Positions 37,534 through 50,015 of a stretch of DNA of 64,000 bases are shown here, piece by piece. Within the stretch, counting starts at the first letter, position 1, and each line of letters starts with the position of its first letter. Both the position numbers and the translations under genes were made by a program. The notes beneath the pieces are model-generated. The model searched no databases and was not told the origin of the DNA. It saw only the letters and a program-made list of their open reading frames with translations. This stretch comes from Lama glama (lineage: Eukaryota), in the NCBI GenBank assembly GCA_028534125.1, contig CM052818.1:41604001-41668000 (forward strand), read 5' to 3'.

Positions 37534-38319
37534 ATGGTGTGTCATTTTTTTTTGTCTTGTTCTATTATTCTTATATTTGTACCACAGATCTTTGGGAAAG
37601 GGTTGGACATAAATAATAAAGAAATTAAGAATCACCACATTTGTAGACCTCCACAGGGTAGCCTCAACTTTAACAGAAACTTAGTCGATGCCCAGAAACA
37701 ACTTATAAAAAGAGAGACAGAACATCCCGAAACACACAGACTCGTGGCTGCCCAGCATTGCCGACATGCCCCCAGGGGCATGATGCTTGCTGCTTCCCTG
37801 ATGCCCAGCTCAGAAACTGAAGACTGCATTTTACTTGCTTAATGAGTGTGTTTAAAGAGCACAGCCCTGTGTCTGGCATTAGTAGTCAGGGCTTGATGCT
37901 CTCTGAAAACAAAAGAGCGCTCTGCACATCAGATCTCAGGTCTGTACAACCAGTCCCTTCAGAAGGAAGGCAACATCCCACTTTTCAGGCTGAACAGATG
38001 CGCTGTGCTGGGACTCCTGGTTCAGCAGAGACTTGGCAGGTCTAACCACAAAGTCCTTTTTTAAAGGATACATAATTCAAATGTTATCATTCAAATCTCC
38101 ATGAAAACACAACAGGTGGAGAAAGCCATTTGGGGCTGCGATTCTCCTGTCTTTGTTTAGCCAAAAATAAGATAGCATATTCCTTAGGCCTTAGGTCACG
38201 TTCAAGATCTCTCTGTGGAGTGTGTGAAGGGCCAGCATTGGGGTCATAGTCACTTGAGGTATAAAGAGCTTATTTTTTTTATAAACAACCATGTCATTCA
38301 AATCTCCACTCCAATGTTC

Positions 38320-38570
38320 CCTTCTCATTCAGGCTTCCCCAACAATCCTTCCTGAGAAAGAATCTCCATTGCCCTCTGACATCTTACTTGAACTTGTCAG
38401 TGCCTGAATTTACCCTGTGGGCCCTTGCATGCTTGCTTATGGCCTATTTCTCATTTTGATTCTGGAATGTAAGCTTTTTGAGGGCAGGGACTTTGATTCT
38501 GCTGTTTAATGCCATTTATCAATTTCTAGGACAGTGCCTGGGCACAAATGTTTACAAATGTTTGTTGAAT
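38320..38570 (+). mobile_element. L2 3' end
   Basis: gaatgtaagctttttgagggcagggacttt...ctaggacagtgcctgggcac...tgtttgttgaatg. Confidence 0.8.
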
Positions 38571-38719
38571 GGAGAAATCCAAGGAAGATAAAAGCAGAAA
38601 CTTCAAGACTGTAAAAGGGATTAACCTGCATCCCCACCTTCACATAAATTTAAGATCAAAGAGCCAGAAGAACCCAGAGTTCTTAGAATTCAACATCCTC
38701 CTTCTTTTACTCTTTTGTT

Positions 38720-38830
38720 TGTCCGGTCAGTCCAAACAACATTTACTAAGCACCTATTTTGTGTCCGTCCCCTTGTTAAGCACTGGAAATATCAAGATGA
38801 ATAAAATTGCCCCCCTAATTGGGGCAGTGA
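38720..38830 (-). mobile_element. L2 3' end
   Basis: caacatttactaagcacctattttgtgtcc...aagatgaataaaa. Confidence 0.65.
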
Positions 38831-39419
38831 CAGAAAGTGTGGGCATTTCTCCAGGTTAGAACATGTATCACACACGGCTACTGCTTGCTCATTGTTCTCC
38901 TTCAGCTATAACCCCCCTGAGCAGAGCCAGCGTGTCTGTTTTGTCGTTGTGTTGTTAACACAGTGCGGACGGAATGTCGGTGTGCAGCTCTGCTTTGTGG
39001 ACAGAGGGCAGAGGGAGGAGGGAGCGGTGGTAAAGGAAACAGGGAGCGGGAGCAGGAGGGAGACACAGCCTTCTCCTTGGGAAGTCCACAAATGGATTCC
39101 TCCAATTCACGGGGGCGAGAAGAGTGATGGATAAAGCGGGCATCACAGCCTGTTGGTGGCAGAGCTTGGTCTAGACCTCTCGTCCCTTGTCTCCTGCTCC
39201 AATGCGTTCACACTTCACCAGGTGACATGAGACGTTAACCACTCCGCACGCATGCACGTGTGTCGCTGTGAGTGCATGTGGATAATCACACACGTGGATA
39301 GCAAACACATTTCCTGCCGAATAATCTTACTTGACTTCTGAATAAAAGTTACTGTTCTTAATGAAATGAGTGGGGTGTCCGACCAGAAATGGCCCCAAAT
39401 GACATTGAGAGACTTCCCT

Positions 39420-39780
39420 GTTTCCTCCCTGCCGTGGCTGCTATGAGAAAGTACCAGAGCCCGGGTGGCTTGTAAACAATTAGCGTGTTTCTCGCAGTTC
39501 TGGAGGCTGGAAGTCTGGGATCAGGGTGTCAGCAGGCTGGGTTCTGTTGAGTACCCGCTTCTGGGTTGCAAATGGCCATTTTTCTTATTGGATCCTCGTG
39601 TGACAGAGAGCAGAAGACCTCTGGGTCTCTTTTCTAAGGGTGCTAATCCCATTCATGAGGGCTCCACCTTCATGACCCAGTTATCTCCCCAAAGCCCCAC
39701 CTCCCAGTGCCATCACATTGGGGATTGGGATTTCAGCATATGAACCATGGAGGGACACAGACATTCAGTCCATTAGGGCA
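39420..39780 (-). mobile_element. MLT1A-type MaLR solo LTR
   Basis: ctcgcagttctggaggctggaagtc...taatcccattcatgagggctccaccttcatgacc...ggacacagacattcagtccat. Confidence 0.88.
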
Positions 39781-39879
39781 GACATTGTCTTCATAGAAAC
39801 AGGCGTGTGTCAGTGTGGGATTCACAGTCCTCCTTTAAAATATCACATTCCTCCAGGTAAAGAAGGCACTGATGGACTG

Positions 39880-40080
39880 TGGAAGAATCATGAGTCCTGA
39901 AGTGAGAAAAATTCAGAGCTTGGTTCTGCCACTTGCTAACTATAGAATATAAGAAAAATTACTCTACCAACCAGAGACCACTGTTCCTCATCTGCAAACT
40001 AGATCTATAAACACTTCCTTTGTTACTGTAGCTTATGAAGTGATCGATCTGAGAAAGCCTGGAACAGAATAATGAGTCAA
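39880..40080 (+). mobile_element. MIR
   Basis: ggttctgccacttgctaactata...ttcctcatctgcaaa. Confidence 0.6.
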
Positions 40081-40439
40081 TACAGATCCGTCAATCCAAA
40101 TAAGATCGGGAGACACTGAAGGTGCACGTCGGAACCTCGGGACCGCTGTGTGGCCTTGCTCTATGCCTGCACCTCTGTAGGACAAGCCTGATCGCTCGTT
40201 ACAGGTAACGACCTTGTCCCAGACCCCCAAACCCTCACAATGTTGAACACATCTCGGGTTTAACATAAAAGTGGCCAGTAAATATTTTTTAGCTGCTTCA
40301 GAGTTTACTAATTAAATAATATTTCACAAATTTGATTCACTCATTCTCTGTTTTTGTGCATAATCATAGAAACTACCTTAGATTGGACTTTAAATTGATT
40401 AAAAAAAAAACGCATGTGTGTTGCTTTGTCTTCTCTTCA

Positions 40440-40600
40440 GATCAGTCTTGAAAGAGCAGACAATTTTATCCCTACTGTACAGCAAAGGAAATCGAGATTC
40501 TGAGAGGTTAAATTATTTGCATAAAGTGTCAGGCTTTACAGTGATAGGGACATAATTCCAAACTCTTTCTCCTGACTCCAAATCCATATATTTTTTTTTA
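40440..40600 (-). mobile_element. MIR
   Basis: aaggaaatcgagattctgagaggttaaattatttgc...cctgactccaaatccat. Confidence 0.65.
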
Positions 40601-41104
40601 CTCTAGGTGAGTTTCAAGTTCAAATTCAAATTCGTGGTGTTCTCATGGAATACCATGAAAGTACAAGAAATCTTTCCTGGCCAGAAACAACCAATTCCTT
40701 CCTCAGGCTTTCAGACATTGTCTGGGAATGAGGTGTCCCTGGGGTAAACAGCATAACTTGCCAGCCTCCCTGAGATGGTACATGTTTCAGACCTTTACAT
40801 CACGTCTGTAGGATTATCTTCCCCTCTGTTATGTAAAAATAGGCCGTGTGCTCATTATAGCCAGCGCCACCACACATGATACCCCCTTATCTGGGACGTG
40901 CAGGCCTTTCGTGCAGGGAGCCCCACTCAGCCACATGCCCTGTGAACCTCTGACCGCTGGTCAGCGGCACGGAAGCCAAAACATCCTGGGTTGTTCTGGG
41001 GCTGCCTCTTCCTGACAGTTTCCCAAGTCTATCTCTTGCTGCCAGTGTTTTCTTTCGAAGAGTTGAGAACAATATTCGTCATCTGAATCGATCGCGACCT
41101 CTTA

Positions 41105-42940
41105 GTTAATGATTCATTACTTGGACAAATATTTGTTGAGTGCCTGCACCGAGCCAGGTTGCGCCCATGGCACATGGGATAAATCAGTGAAAGGAAGAGA
41201 TAATAACCCTTGTCCTAGCAGAACTGCCATTCCAGCAGAGGGAAATGCATGGTCAACAACAGACACAACAAGAAAGTGAAGAAGATGGTATATTAGTAAA
41301 CATATTACAAGTGCTATAAAAAAAAAACAAAGAGGAACAAGAATGCTGGAGGGACAGTGTGCGATTTTAAATAATTATAGTTGGAGTAAGGCTCATCGAG
41401 CAGATGATGAACGAGCAAAGACGCATATCTAGGAGAAGAGAGTTCCAGGTAGAGGAGACAGCCAGTGCAAGTGTCCTGTGGTACCAGGAGGCCTGGCATG
41501 TTCAAGGCATTGAAGAAGGCTAATGTGGCTGGAGTAGAGTTTGAGGGGCACAGAGGAGTAATAGATGGGGTCAGAGAGGCAGGGCAAGAGAACAAGTCAC
41601 ATAGGGTCCTATGGAATGTTTTATAAGCTTTTTTGTTTTTTAAACTCTGAGTGAAATGGGGAGCTGGTGGAGAGGACTACAGAAAGGGAGAGTGTAACCC
41701 CACCGATTTTAAATGGAATAGCTGACTGTCCTTTCAAGAACAGAATGAAGACATGGTAGGGAGGCAGGCCTAGAGGCAGAGAAGCAGCTTAGGAAGCTAC
41801 TGTGGTAATCCAGATGAGATACGACAGCTGGAGTCCAGCTGGGAGCAGGGAAGGGGGTGTGAGGGTAGAACTGACTTGCTCTCCCAATGGACTGGTTATA
41901 AACTGTGAGACAAGAGTCATGGAGGACTCTGCAAAGTGTGGGAGAATGGAAGTGCCTCAACTCCCGTGGGAGTAGGAGGAGGTGTTAAGACTGCCATTTG
42001 CTTAGGTCAGTTTTGAGATGCCTAACTGAGCCCTGTATATCTGTAGAGTAGATGGTGAGATACAAGTCTTGGAGACAAGAGAAACGTCTGCAGTGGAGCT
42101 AAAAATCTGGGAGTCTTCAGCACAGAAATTGTATTTCAAGCCACAAGACTGACTAAGAGTATCAAAGGAGGGAGTGAAGAGACAACAGAAGAGGATCAAG
42201 GACTGAATCTTGGACTCTCCAACACTAAGACTGAGGCAGAAGCAGAGGAACCAGCAGAAAAGGCTGAGGGGCAGAAGCAGGTGAACTAGGAGGTGAGACG
42301 TGAATGCGCCATGTTCAGGAAGTCAAGTGAAAACAATGAGTAAGGAAGAGGAGGTGATCAAATGCATCAATTGCTGCTGGGAGGTCAAATAAGATGAAGA
42401 CCAAGAACTGACCATTGGTAGCAAACCTGAGATCACTAGTGACCTGAACAGGAATCATTTCTGTGTTAGAATAAGTTTGGGAAAGAGTGACAGAAGCTGA
42501 ATTAGAGTTGGAAACTCTTGGAAAATTGTCCTGCAAAGAGTGCTGAGAAATGGGCTGTCACTGGTGGGTTGGGAGAAGGTTCTGTTAGGTTTTGTTTTCT
42601 AAGATGGGAGGAGAAATATCATGCTTGTATTTTGACGGAATGATCCAGAAGAGTTGCAGTATTTTTTGGTCAATTTTATCTTTACATTCAGAGTGATTTA
42701 AAATCATTATGACTATGTAGTGAAGATTCAAAATAAGTACAGATAAAATGACTCATAGCTCTGAACTTCTGATTTTTTTAATTGAAATAGAGGTGCAGTA
42801 CTGGTGAAGGGAAAATCATTGGAGTGATGTCCTTGAACAGACAAGGGTGGACGGGGTTGAGTGCGTAGTGAAGGGCATGGCTTTAAACAGAGGCACAATC
42901 GCTCATCTATAAGAAAAGACTCTAAGGCAGAACCTAAGGC
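41105..42940 (-). mobile_element. Long L2 (about 1.8 kb of the 3' region)
   Basis: Begins caaatatttgttgagtgcctgc, continues through aggctaatgtggctggagtagag, gtggtaatccagatgaga and tcaaataagatgaagaccaagaactgaccattgg. Confidence 0.88.
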
Positions 42941-43146
42941 AAAGGTAAGGACACTCTCCACTGGGCCAGAGAGTAACGAGTTTCGGCTTTGCAGGTCATA
43001 TGTTTTCTTTTACAAGTTTTCAGCTCTGCAGGTATAGCACTAAAGTGGCTGGAGACCGTATGTAAATGAGTGCGTGGCTGGGTTCCAATACAACTTTATT
43101 TCCAAATGCAGGTGGTTTGGTATTGGCCTTACTTGCTGACCCCTGG
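42940..43146. mobile_element. MER58A hAT-Charlie element
   Basis: gtaaatgagtgcgtggctgggttccaatacaactttattt...ttgctgacccctg. Confidence 0.8.
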
Positions 43147-43789
43147 TCTAGGCTATCCTCATGGGGCTGTATACTCATATCTATTCTCTACGTCTGAGTT
43201 CAAACTGGAGATGAGTTAGAAGATGGAGTTCACGGTGAAATAGCAGGCCTCGTAAACGTTGGAGCTGAAATCAACCAGGAATTCACTTCTACAGAGATTC
43301 AGTGAAATGTAGTATTAACTAGACTGTAGACCCCGAATGCAGAAAATGAAACATGTCCACCACGATTCCACCGCCACCTCGCCTTGGACCAGCGCCCAGT
43401 GTGGTAGGTGCTCAGTGGCCCTTCACTGATAGATCGAGTGACCCATTCTCACCCTCCCAAATTCATTTTCTCAGATAAAATCAAGGCCTCTCTGCTACCC
43501 CTTAGAGAGCCCAACAAGGAGATCTAAACAAAATGAAGTAATACAGATCCCGTTTTCACATTCCACAATTACCTTTTATTGTTGGATAACAGTATTGGTT
43601 AGGAATCAGGTGAGCGTTTGCACACAAATGTGCATACGAATTGGTTACGGCTGGGCAGTGGGATTATCCTTAGGATGAACAGGATGATGAGGATGGCAAT
43701 GCTGATGGTGGGGGTGGGGGTGATGTGGAGACGGAGGGGAGGAGTGGCAGCCACTGCAGCTGTCCCAGGCATCGCTTCCTTCCTGCCGA

Positions 43790-44010
43790 AGGGCAGCAGC
43801 ATTTAAGAGAGCAAGAATCAGAAGGTCTGGATTTGAATTCCAGCCCTGAGACACAGTACTTGCTCCTCTGTGAACTAATCCCTCAGGCTTTCCTGAAAGA
43901 TTCCAGCTTCCTCATTAGTTAATGGGGGAAAAAACCTAACCCTTACACACCTAGCAGACTCTCGGTGAGGGACAAATGAGCTCGTGGGTGAAAAGGAAAA
44001 ACACTGCGTG
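43790..44010 (+). mobile_element. MIR
   Basis: tttaagagagcaagaatcagaaggtctggatttgaattccagc...ggtgagggacaaatgag. Confidence 0.6.
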
Positions 44011-44889
44011 CGCCAGAGTCACAATTAGTGCCAGTGTCTTCCCTACCAGACTTTCCTTTGTCGGATCCTGTACTTCCTCCAGATTTTTATCTTTGAAATC
44101 AAAGAGAAGCTGAACAAAATCACTATATTGAAATAAAGTGGTAGGAATTATTATCAGTTCAGTTATCACCATGTGGGAGCAAATGGTATTTTACCAATCC
44201 CAGCCTGCCCAGGACCTTATAGCAATTAGTGTAAATAATCTGCCTCCTGAAGGCTCAGCCCGTCCTGACCTTGATGGCTTTTTGGTCCCACCTCCAAGCT
44301 CCCCTCAAGCGGACTCTGGAAATATTCTGCTGCTCCTCTAGCTGGTGTCCACTGGGGCGAATTCATCACCGTGAGCCCTTCATTGACCTAAAGCCACAGC
44401 CTCCCTATCTGACCCCCATGGTACATCGCTAAGCCGTCTGCTCGCCCAGCCTTCCAACCAGCTGCTGGTCACTTCTCACAAGTTTCCACCCGCAGCTGGA
44501 ATCCCAGCTCTGAGCCCGAGGTTCATCAGCAGGGGGCCTCACCCCTAATCAATGTCCTGACAGCCCCTTGTCCAGAGTCCCTTTCAGAGCACTGGTGGGC
44601 CTTCCTGATCCATGCTTAACCAGAAATCCTTGCCTCATGCTGAAGACCCCATGCATCTCCCGGCCCCAAGTGCCAGCCCCTTGGTACTGCCCCAGGCTGA
44701 GTTTCCCATGGAGACGACATGCTCTTCCTGGGGGGCCCAATCTCATGCCCTGGGCTACTCTATTCAGGAATGTATATCCCAGCAGCCTCATCTCACTTCT
44801 CTTCCCTCCTGGGAACACACTACGTCATGGGTACAGAGCCAAGGTACCACCTCCAACGTTCCCCAAGGTAGAGCCCATTTCTCCTTAAC

Positions 44890-45330
44890 TTCCCTACATT
44901 TCCCAGATTCCCTTGCAGTCAGAGTGAGGCCATTGTAACAGCTCAGGGCAGAATGAGCAGAAGTAGTAAATTGTATCACTTCTTTTTTTTTTTTTTGAGT
45001 ATGCATTTTTTTAACATTTTTTTTAATTGAGTTATAGTCAGTTTACAATAATGTGTCAATTTCCAGTGCCGAGCATAATTTTTCAGTTATACATGAACAT
45101 ACATGTATTCATTGTCACTTCTGAGATGAAGCTATTTCAAACTTGTGTGCTTCTTCTGTCCCTCTCTTCCCAGGCTGTGAAAGCCTTAGATGCGACGATC
45201 CCCACAGCATGGCCACAAGATGTAAGTAGGATGCCCACCTTCAGCTAATGTCACCGAGTGAGAAACAACCCTTTTTGCGTTAAGCCGTTACAGCTTCAGA
45301 GTTCAACTCTTGAGACGGCTAATACTCATT
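44890..45330 (+). mobile_element. MLT1 (I/J-like) LTR interrupted by an L1
   Basis: catttcccagattcccttgcagtcagagtgaggccat...gaatgagcagaagt|gagtgagaaacaaccctttttgcgttaagcc. Confidence 0.7.
44984..45114 (-). mobile_element. Young camelid-type L1 3' end
   Basis: Reverse complement of the same subfamily as 23688-23839 (ttgagttatagtcagtttacaataatgtgtcaatttccagtg...gttatacatgaacatac). TSD tcacttct (44976-44983 / 45115-45122). Confidence 0.85.
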
Positions 45331-45819
45331 TTCCTGGCTGATTCATTCTCCACCTTAGACTCACTGAGGAACACAGCTCCACATACAGGCTCCAACAGTG
45401 CATGTAAATGCTTTAAGGAAATGTTCCCCTAGCAGAACGTAACACATCCTGGTGAAATCTTGTTAAGTTGCTTTTGCAAGGCTAAACACATTGACTAAAA
45501 TACAAACATCATTTTTCTGCAGTCAGATATGCCATGTGGAATTAACAATACTGCATAATCGTTTTGTCAATATTCTGTTTTCTTTGTCCTGGAAAGCGTC
45601 CGTGATGTCTCTTCTTTTGATGTTCGTCCCCAGCATCTTTGCTGCAGGAAGGCTTTAACCCATCCTCAGATCCTCTGGCCTAACACGGATTATAAACGGA
45701 TTCTGGGCAAATGCTAAGTAACAAGATGGAGGGTGGAGGTGAATCTTGGCAGCTCTTTGCCAGAAATGACATTTATTGAGACCACATCCCCAGAGCACCC
45801 CCAGGAGCCACAGCAAACA

Positions 45820-46000
45820 TTTATTTAGCACCTACCGTGTGTCAGGCACTTCACTGGGAGGGCTTCGCTTAACCCCCATGGCAACTGTACCAACTAGGCA
45901 GGCTCTCACCATTGTAAAAGGAAGGACACTGAGTCTCCAAGAGGCTTGAAAACTGAGACCTGTCACACTCCAAAGCCATGCTTTTTCCATGACATCATGG
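45820..46000 (-). mobile_element. MIR/L2 tail fragment
   Basis: atttatttagcacctaccgtgtgtcaggcac...ccattgtaaaaggaaggacactgag. Confidence 0.65.
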
Positions 46001-46429
46001 GCCCCCCATTCAGATGCCTTTGCCACTAGCCAGATGCCTTCAAGACATTTGGCGGTTGGCCAGTCTAAGAAGAGAGCAGGGCAGGGATAGCTGCTAGCCT
46101 CTCGAGCTCCTGCTAAGAACCAGGCCCTGTACTAAGGCTTTCCCCGGCTCATCCGGCTGCCCGCCCTTGCGCCTGGGGATCGGACCCCTCAGGCCCCCTT
46201 CCAGGTCACACGCGCCTCCTTTATTAATGTGATAGCTGCCACTGGACTTCTTTTTAATGAAATATTTTGGACCACTCAATCAGTTGTTTGGGTTCAATGA
46301 GAAATTGATGCCTCTTTATTCAAAGCTCTGTCAGAAGCTTGGAAAACATCATGCTACTTTGAAAAATGAGGGTTTTTTAAGATTAAGAAAAAAAAAAAAA
46401 GAAAGAAAGAAAGCCCCAATGATTTGAGA

Positions 46430-46560
46430 ACTTCTCTGGTTGCCAATTGGCCTCGCTCCTTCTTGGGGAACCTGGCGCCACAGGCCAATCAGAAGCGACC
46501 ATCCCCATAAAAGCGCCCCTCTCCCCGCTCCATGGTGGCTTTCAAGAGTGATTAGCAGAG
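46430..46560 (+). promoter_or_regulatory. Promoter-like CCAAT/CCAAT/CATAAAA array
   Basis: CCAAT 46443-46447, GGCCAATCAG with CCAAT 46485-46489, CATAAAAG 46506-46513, local CpGs. Confidence 0.3.
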
Positions 46561-47354
46561 AGGGATTCATAAGCCTTGGTTTTGTGTTGTTTTGTTTTGG
46601 AGGGTTTCTTTTTTTTTTTTTCCTTGCACTTGGAAAATAAGTTAATTATGATTGGTTAAAATTTGTGTGTTTTTGCTTTTATCCCTGAACCACAATTAGA
46701 GCTCCTGACAGCCTCCTGGCCCTCAGAAATTCCAGCTGGTATAATAATTGATAACCGTGGTTATGAATAGATTGGACACAAGGCTGTAAAAGAATGCCCA
46801 GCCACTTCAGAGGGTCATTTATAGCGTGCTGAAGGGAAAAGAGAATTTCAGGCCTGGAAAGCTTAGAAACAGAACGAGTTTTTATCAGTTTCCTTGACAC
46901 TGGCAGATCAAAGCCTGGGTTGTACTCTCTGAGGCTTGCAGATAATGGGGTGGCCGCTAATTCATTCTGCGGCTGGAGCGGAGGCCTATTCAGGAGGGTA
47001 GACCAGAGAGTTTTCATGTTGCTGCTTTGTAGTCTTTTATCATGGTCCCAATGCAAGAATCACCTTTTTATTTTAATGAGACATTTGAAAAGTATTTGAT
47101 TCCTTCTGGCTAGGGGCTCCTTTTCCCAGCTGAGACAGTAAGAAAGGGTCGCCCAATGGAGCCTCATTTTCTGAAAGCAGTCGTATCTGCATTTCACCCA
47201 CCCCGCCAACCCCATCAGTGTAATAATTTCAGCGCACGTGAAAGCTGGGCAAGTGGGAAAGGAACCAAATGCACTTGCTACTAAATCTGAACCATTTGCA
47301 CTCGATTTTTTGCTGAGAATGAGGCTGGCAGCAAGGATGCAAGTTCGAATCCTA

Positions 47355-47590
47355 CTCTACCATTGTTTTATGTGTGTGACTTTTTTTTTTTAGATTCCAC
47401 ATAGATAACCAACAGAGGCCGACTGTATAGCACAGGGAACTATACTCAATATCCTGTAATAACCTGTAATGGAAAAGAATCTGACAAAGAATAGATTTAT
47501 ATATGTATGTATATATATATATGTATAACTGAATCACTTTGCTGCACACCTGAAACACTACAGATCAACTATACTTCAATTTTCTTTTAA
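47355..47590 (+). mobile_element. L1 3' end with an apparent 5' inversion
   Basis: Antisense L1 piece (ttttttagattccacata) joined at about 47403 to a sense 3'UTR (ctgtatagcacagggaactatactcaatatc...tcaactatacttcaat). Confidence 0.75.
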
Positions 47591-48639
47591 TGAAGGAAAA
47601 AAGTGTCTTATCATGCAGAAATGCTGCTCAAATATTTGTCATTGTCCCCAGGATTCTCCCAGGTGAGATGGGGTGGGGCCGACAGTTCACCTAGAACTCT
47701 TGCCTCCAGAATTTTGGCTTCTCTTCTCAACACATCTCATAGGCATTTAGGATGCAAAGCTTATCACTGCCTGAGAACAGCTTCTAGTAAGGCTCCAAGT
47801 AAGCCACCTAGAACTGCTGTCTGTTCAGGTTTTGGGAAAGGGCAAAAGCCTAGGAGGACAGGAAATCCCCTGGGACCATGCTCATCAATTGTTCCTGGAC
47901 AAGTCAGTGATAGGTCCCAGCCTCCTCTGGCCAGGCAATCCGCTATGCCCCATGAGTGACCCCTTCTACCTTCAGGAGAATACAGTCTGGTATCTGATGG
48001 TCACAGCATTATCTCTGTGTGGCTGTGCTCCAATCTGTCATCAATAGACGTGTCTGTGCCCAACAGTTCTGGAATGTTCCATTGAAACGTGGCTCCCAGA
48101 AGAATGTCGGAACCCAGATGCTGGTTCCATGAAAGGTCTTTCAGGAATGAATCCCAGGTCTACCAAAGAATCTCATCCCAAAGCTTCTTGCTCCCAGAAG
48201 CCACTTTTCCTCACCTTTCTCTGCCTCAGATCCAACTGCAGGATGCCTGGTCACTCAGTCCAGAGGCCAGCAGGGAGACAAGTTTCCTGTGACTTGGATC
48301 AGCCCTGCCTTTTTCCCATCCATAAAATGAGATGTAAACTAAAGGAGGAATAAACCCATAGCCTATGTTTTTTCTTTATCGTCCACAAAAATCTGGCAGT
48401 ATGCTGGCTCAGGAAATATTTGTGAGCAGAGTTTAATTTCTCATATGTTTGCATATACATGTGAAACAGCTTCCTGGCATTTTCGTTTTGATTGGCAGAA
48501 CCAGTTAAATAAATCAAAACACACAAAGTAGCTTATGAGTGTGGACAAACTCACAGTGATTCAGAATCAAATCTGACTTGTTATATATAAAAAGCATCAC
48601 AGAGTTCCTGGAAATTTTAATTCTGCCTTAAAGATTAGA

Positions 48640-49070
48640 AACTGATTTTCCTGGACCAATTCAACAGTCTTCAACTGTATTCTCTGCCTCCAGGCTCCAG
48701 TCCATTTTTCCGACTGCTTCTCATCACATCATTCTTTCTGCTTAATACCCCAACTACCCCAGGAGAAAAGTCCAATTCCTTCACGAAGCAGTGCAGATTT
48801 CCATAATATTGAGCCAATCAGCATTCGCATCCTCATCTGCTAACTCTCCGAGCTTCTATTGCCTCCCCCGGCACATGTCTCTGCATACACCTTGCCCTTG
48901 ACCTCCAGGCAGTGGTTCACGGGCTTCCTCCAGCCTGGTGTGCTGTAGTCTACATTCCCTGCCTGTCAAGATCATACCCACACGCAAGGCTCAGCTCCAG
49001 TTCCACTTCCCATCTATAATCTATTTCAATCTCATCAAGAGTTTGCACCTACTTCTCCACTTGTCTGAAT
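48640..49070 (+). mobile_element. L2 fragment
   Basis: tctctgcctccaggctccagtccatt...aggagaaaagtccaattccttc...aaggctcagctccag. Confidence 0.6.
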
Positions 49071-49839
49071 GACGTCGTCCACCCTGGCATCAGCCATGTT
49101 TTGATGGAGTTGGGGAAGAAGGTAGATGGGAAAGGAAATGAAGATGGTGTGATGCAAGTGGAAATGCTTTCTAAATGGGTTACCTAATTCCAGGTAGGGC
49201 CCTTGAAGGACAGTACATCAATTGAATGTTTTTGTCCCAGATCCTGATCTGTTGGGTCTTTAATCAGAGTCAAATTAACTAAAAGTACAGAAGACTGATA
49301 AATAAATTAGACTGTTGACCTATTCATTGATAATTGACAATAGCCAGGTGTAGGTGCTAAAGCACTTGAAAACTTTATTTGTAATATCCCACCCTCTGCC
49401 TCACCCTGGAATTCTGGTACCTTAGAATTAAAATTATTTCCAAACATGTTGTTTGGTTAGCCTATACTCCAAAGAGAAGTAGAATGACTTGAGAAGGATA
49501 TCGTCCCTGAACTTGAGGAAGGAAGATATACTACCCCTGAGAAGGGCAGCCTCCGTAAGTAATCAGTGGTTGAGGGTCCAGATGCGCATCAGTGTTAGAT
49601 GAATTCTGATATTTGTCCCTCCTAATTCTGCTTTTCTACGACCATGGCCCTCCTACTGGTACCTTTTTCTTTAATGTATTAATGCCGCATTGAATTATAA
49701 TCGAGTAATGGGTCTTGTTGGCCCATTCTGTTACCTACATTGCATTTATTTAATCATTCTCAGAATTCTAGGTGGCCTCGGTAGAGCTGCATCTGGTATG
49801 AGAGTTATTTGTTGGTAGATAATGTTGCCCAACCTTGAC

Positions 49840-50015
49840 CAAGAGCACTGTGAAGAAAGGATTTGTGTTCTATTATCTCTATTCCATTCATCAGTTAGTT
49901 CAGAGGCTGGCATAAAACATGCAGTAAATAAACTTTTGAATGAATAGATGTCCTAGTGGATGGATGTATCCATGGATATTTGGATGGATGAGTGGATAGA
50001 AGAACAGATGGATGA
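49840..50015 (+). mobile_element. L2 3' end with GGAT-rich tail
   Basis: aggctggcataaaacatgcagtaaataaacttttgaatgaatagatg followed by degenerate (GGAT)n. Confidence 0.65.

Noticed and set aside
39243..39281. Small hairpin cgcatgcac...gtgcatgtg as a pre-miRNA
   Set aside because: Stem too short and built from alternating purine-pyrimidine low-complexity sequence
44526..44539. CTCF-like motif tcagcagggggcct (weaker one at about 25165)
   Set aside because: Mismatches at informative positions; a single partial match is expected by chance in 64 kb
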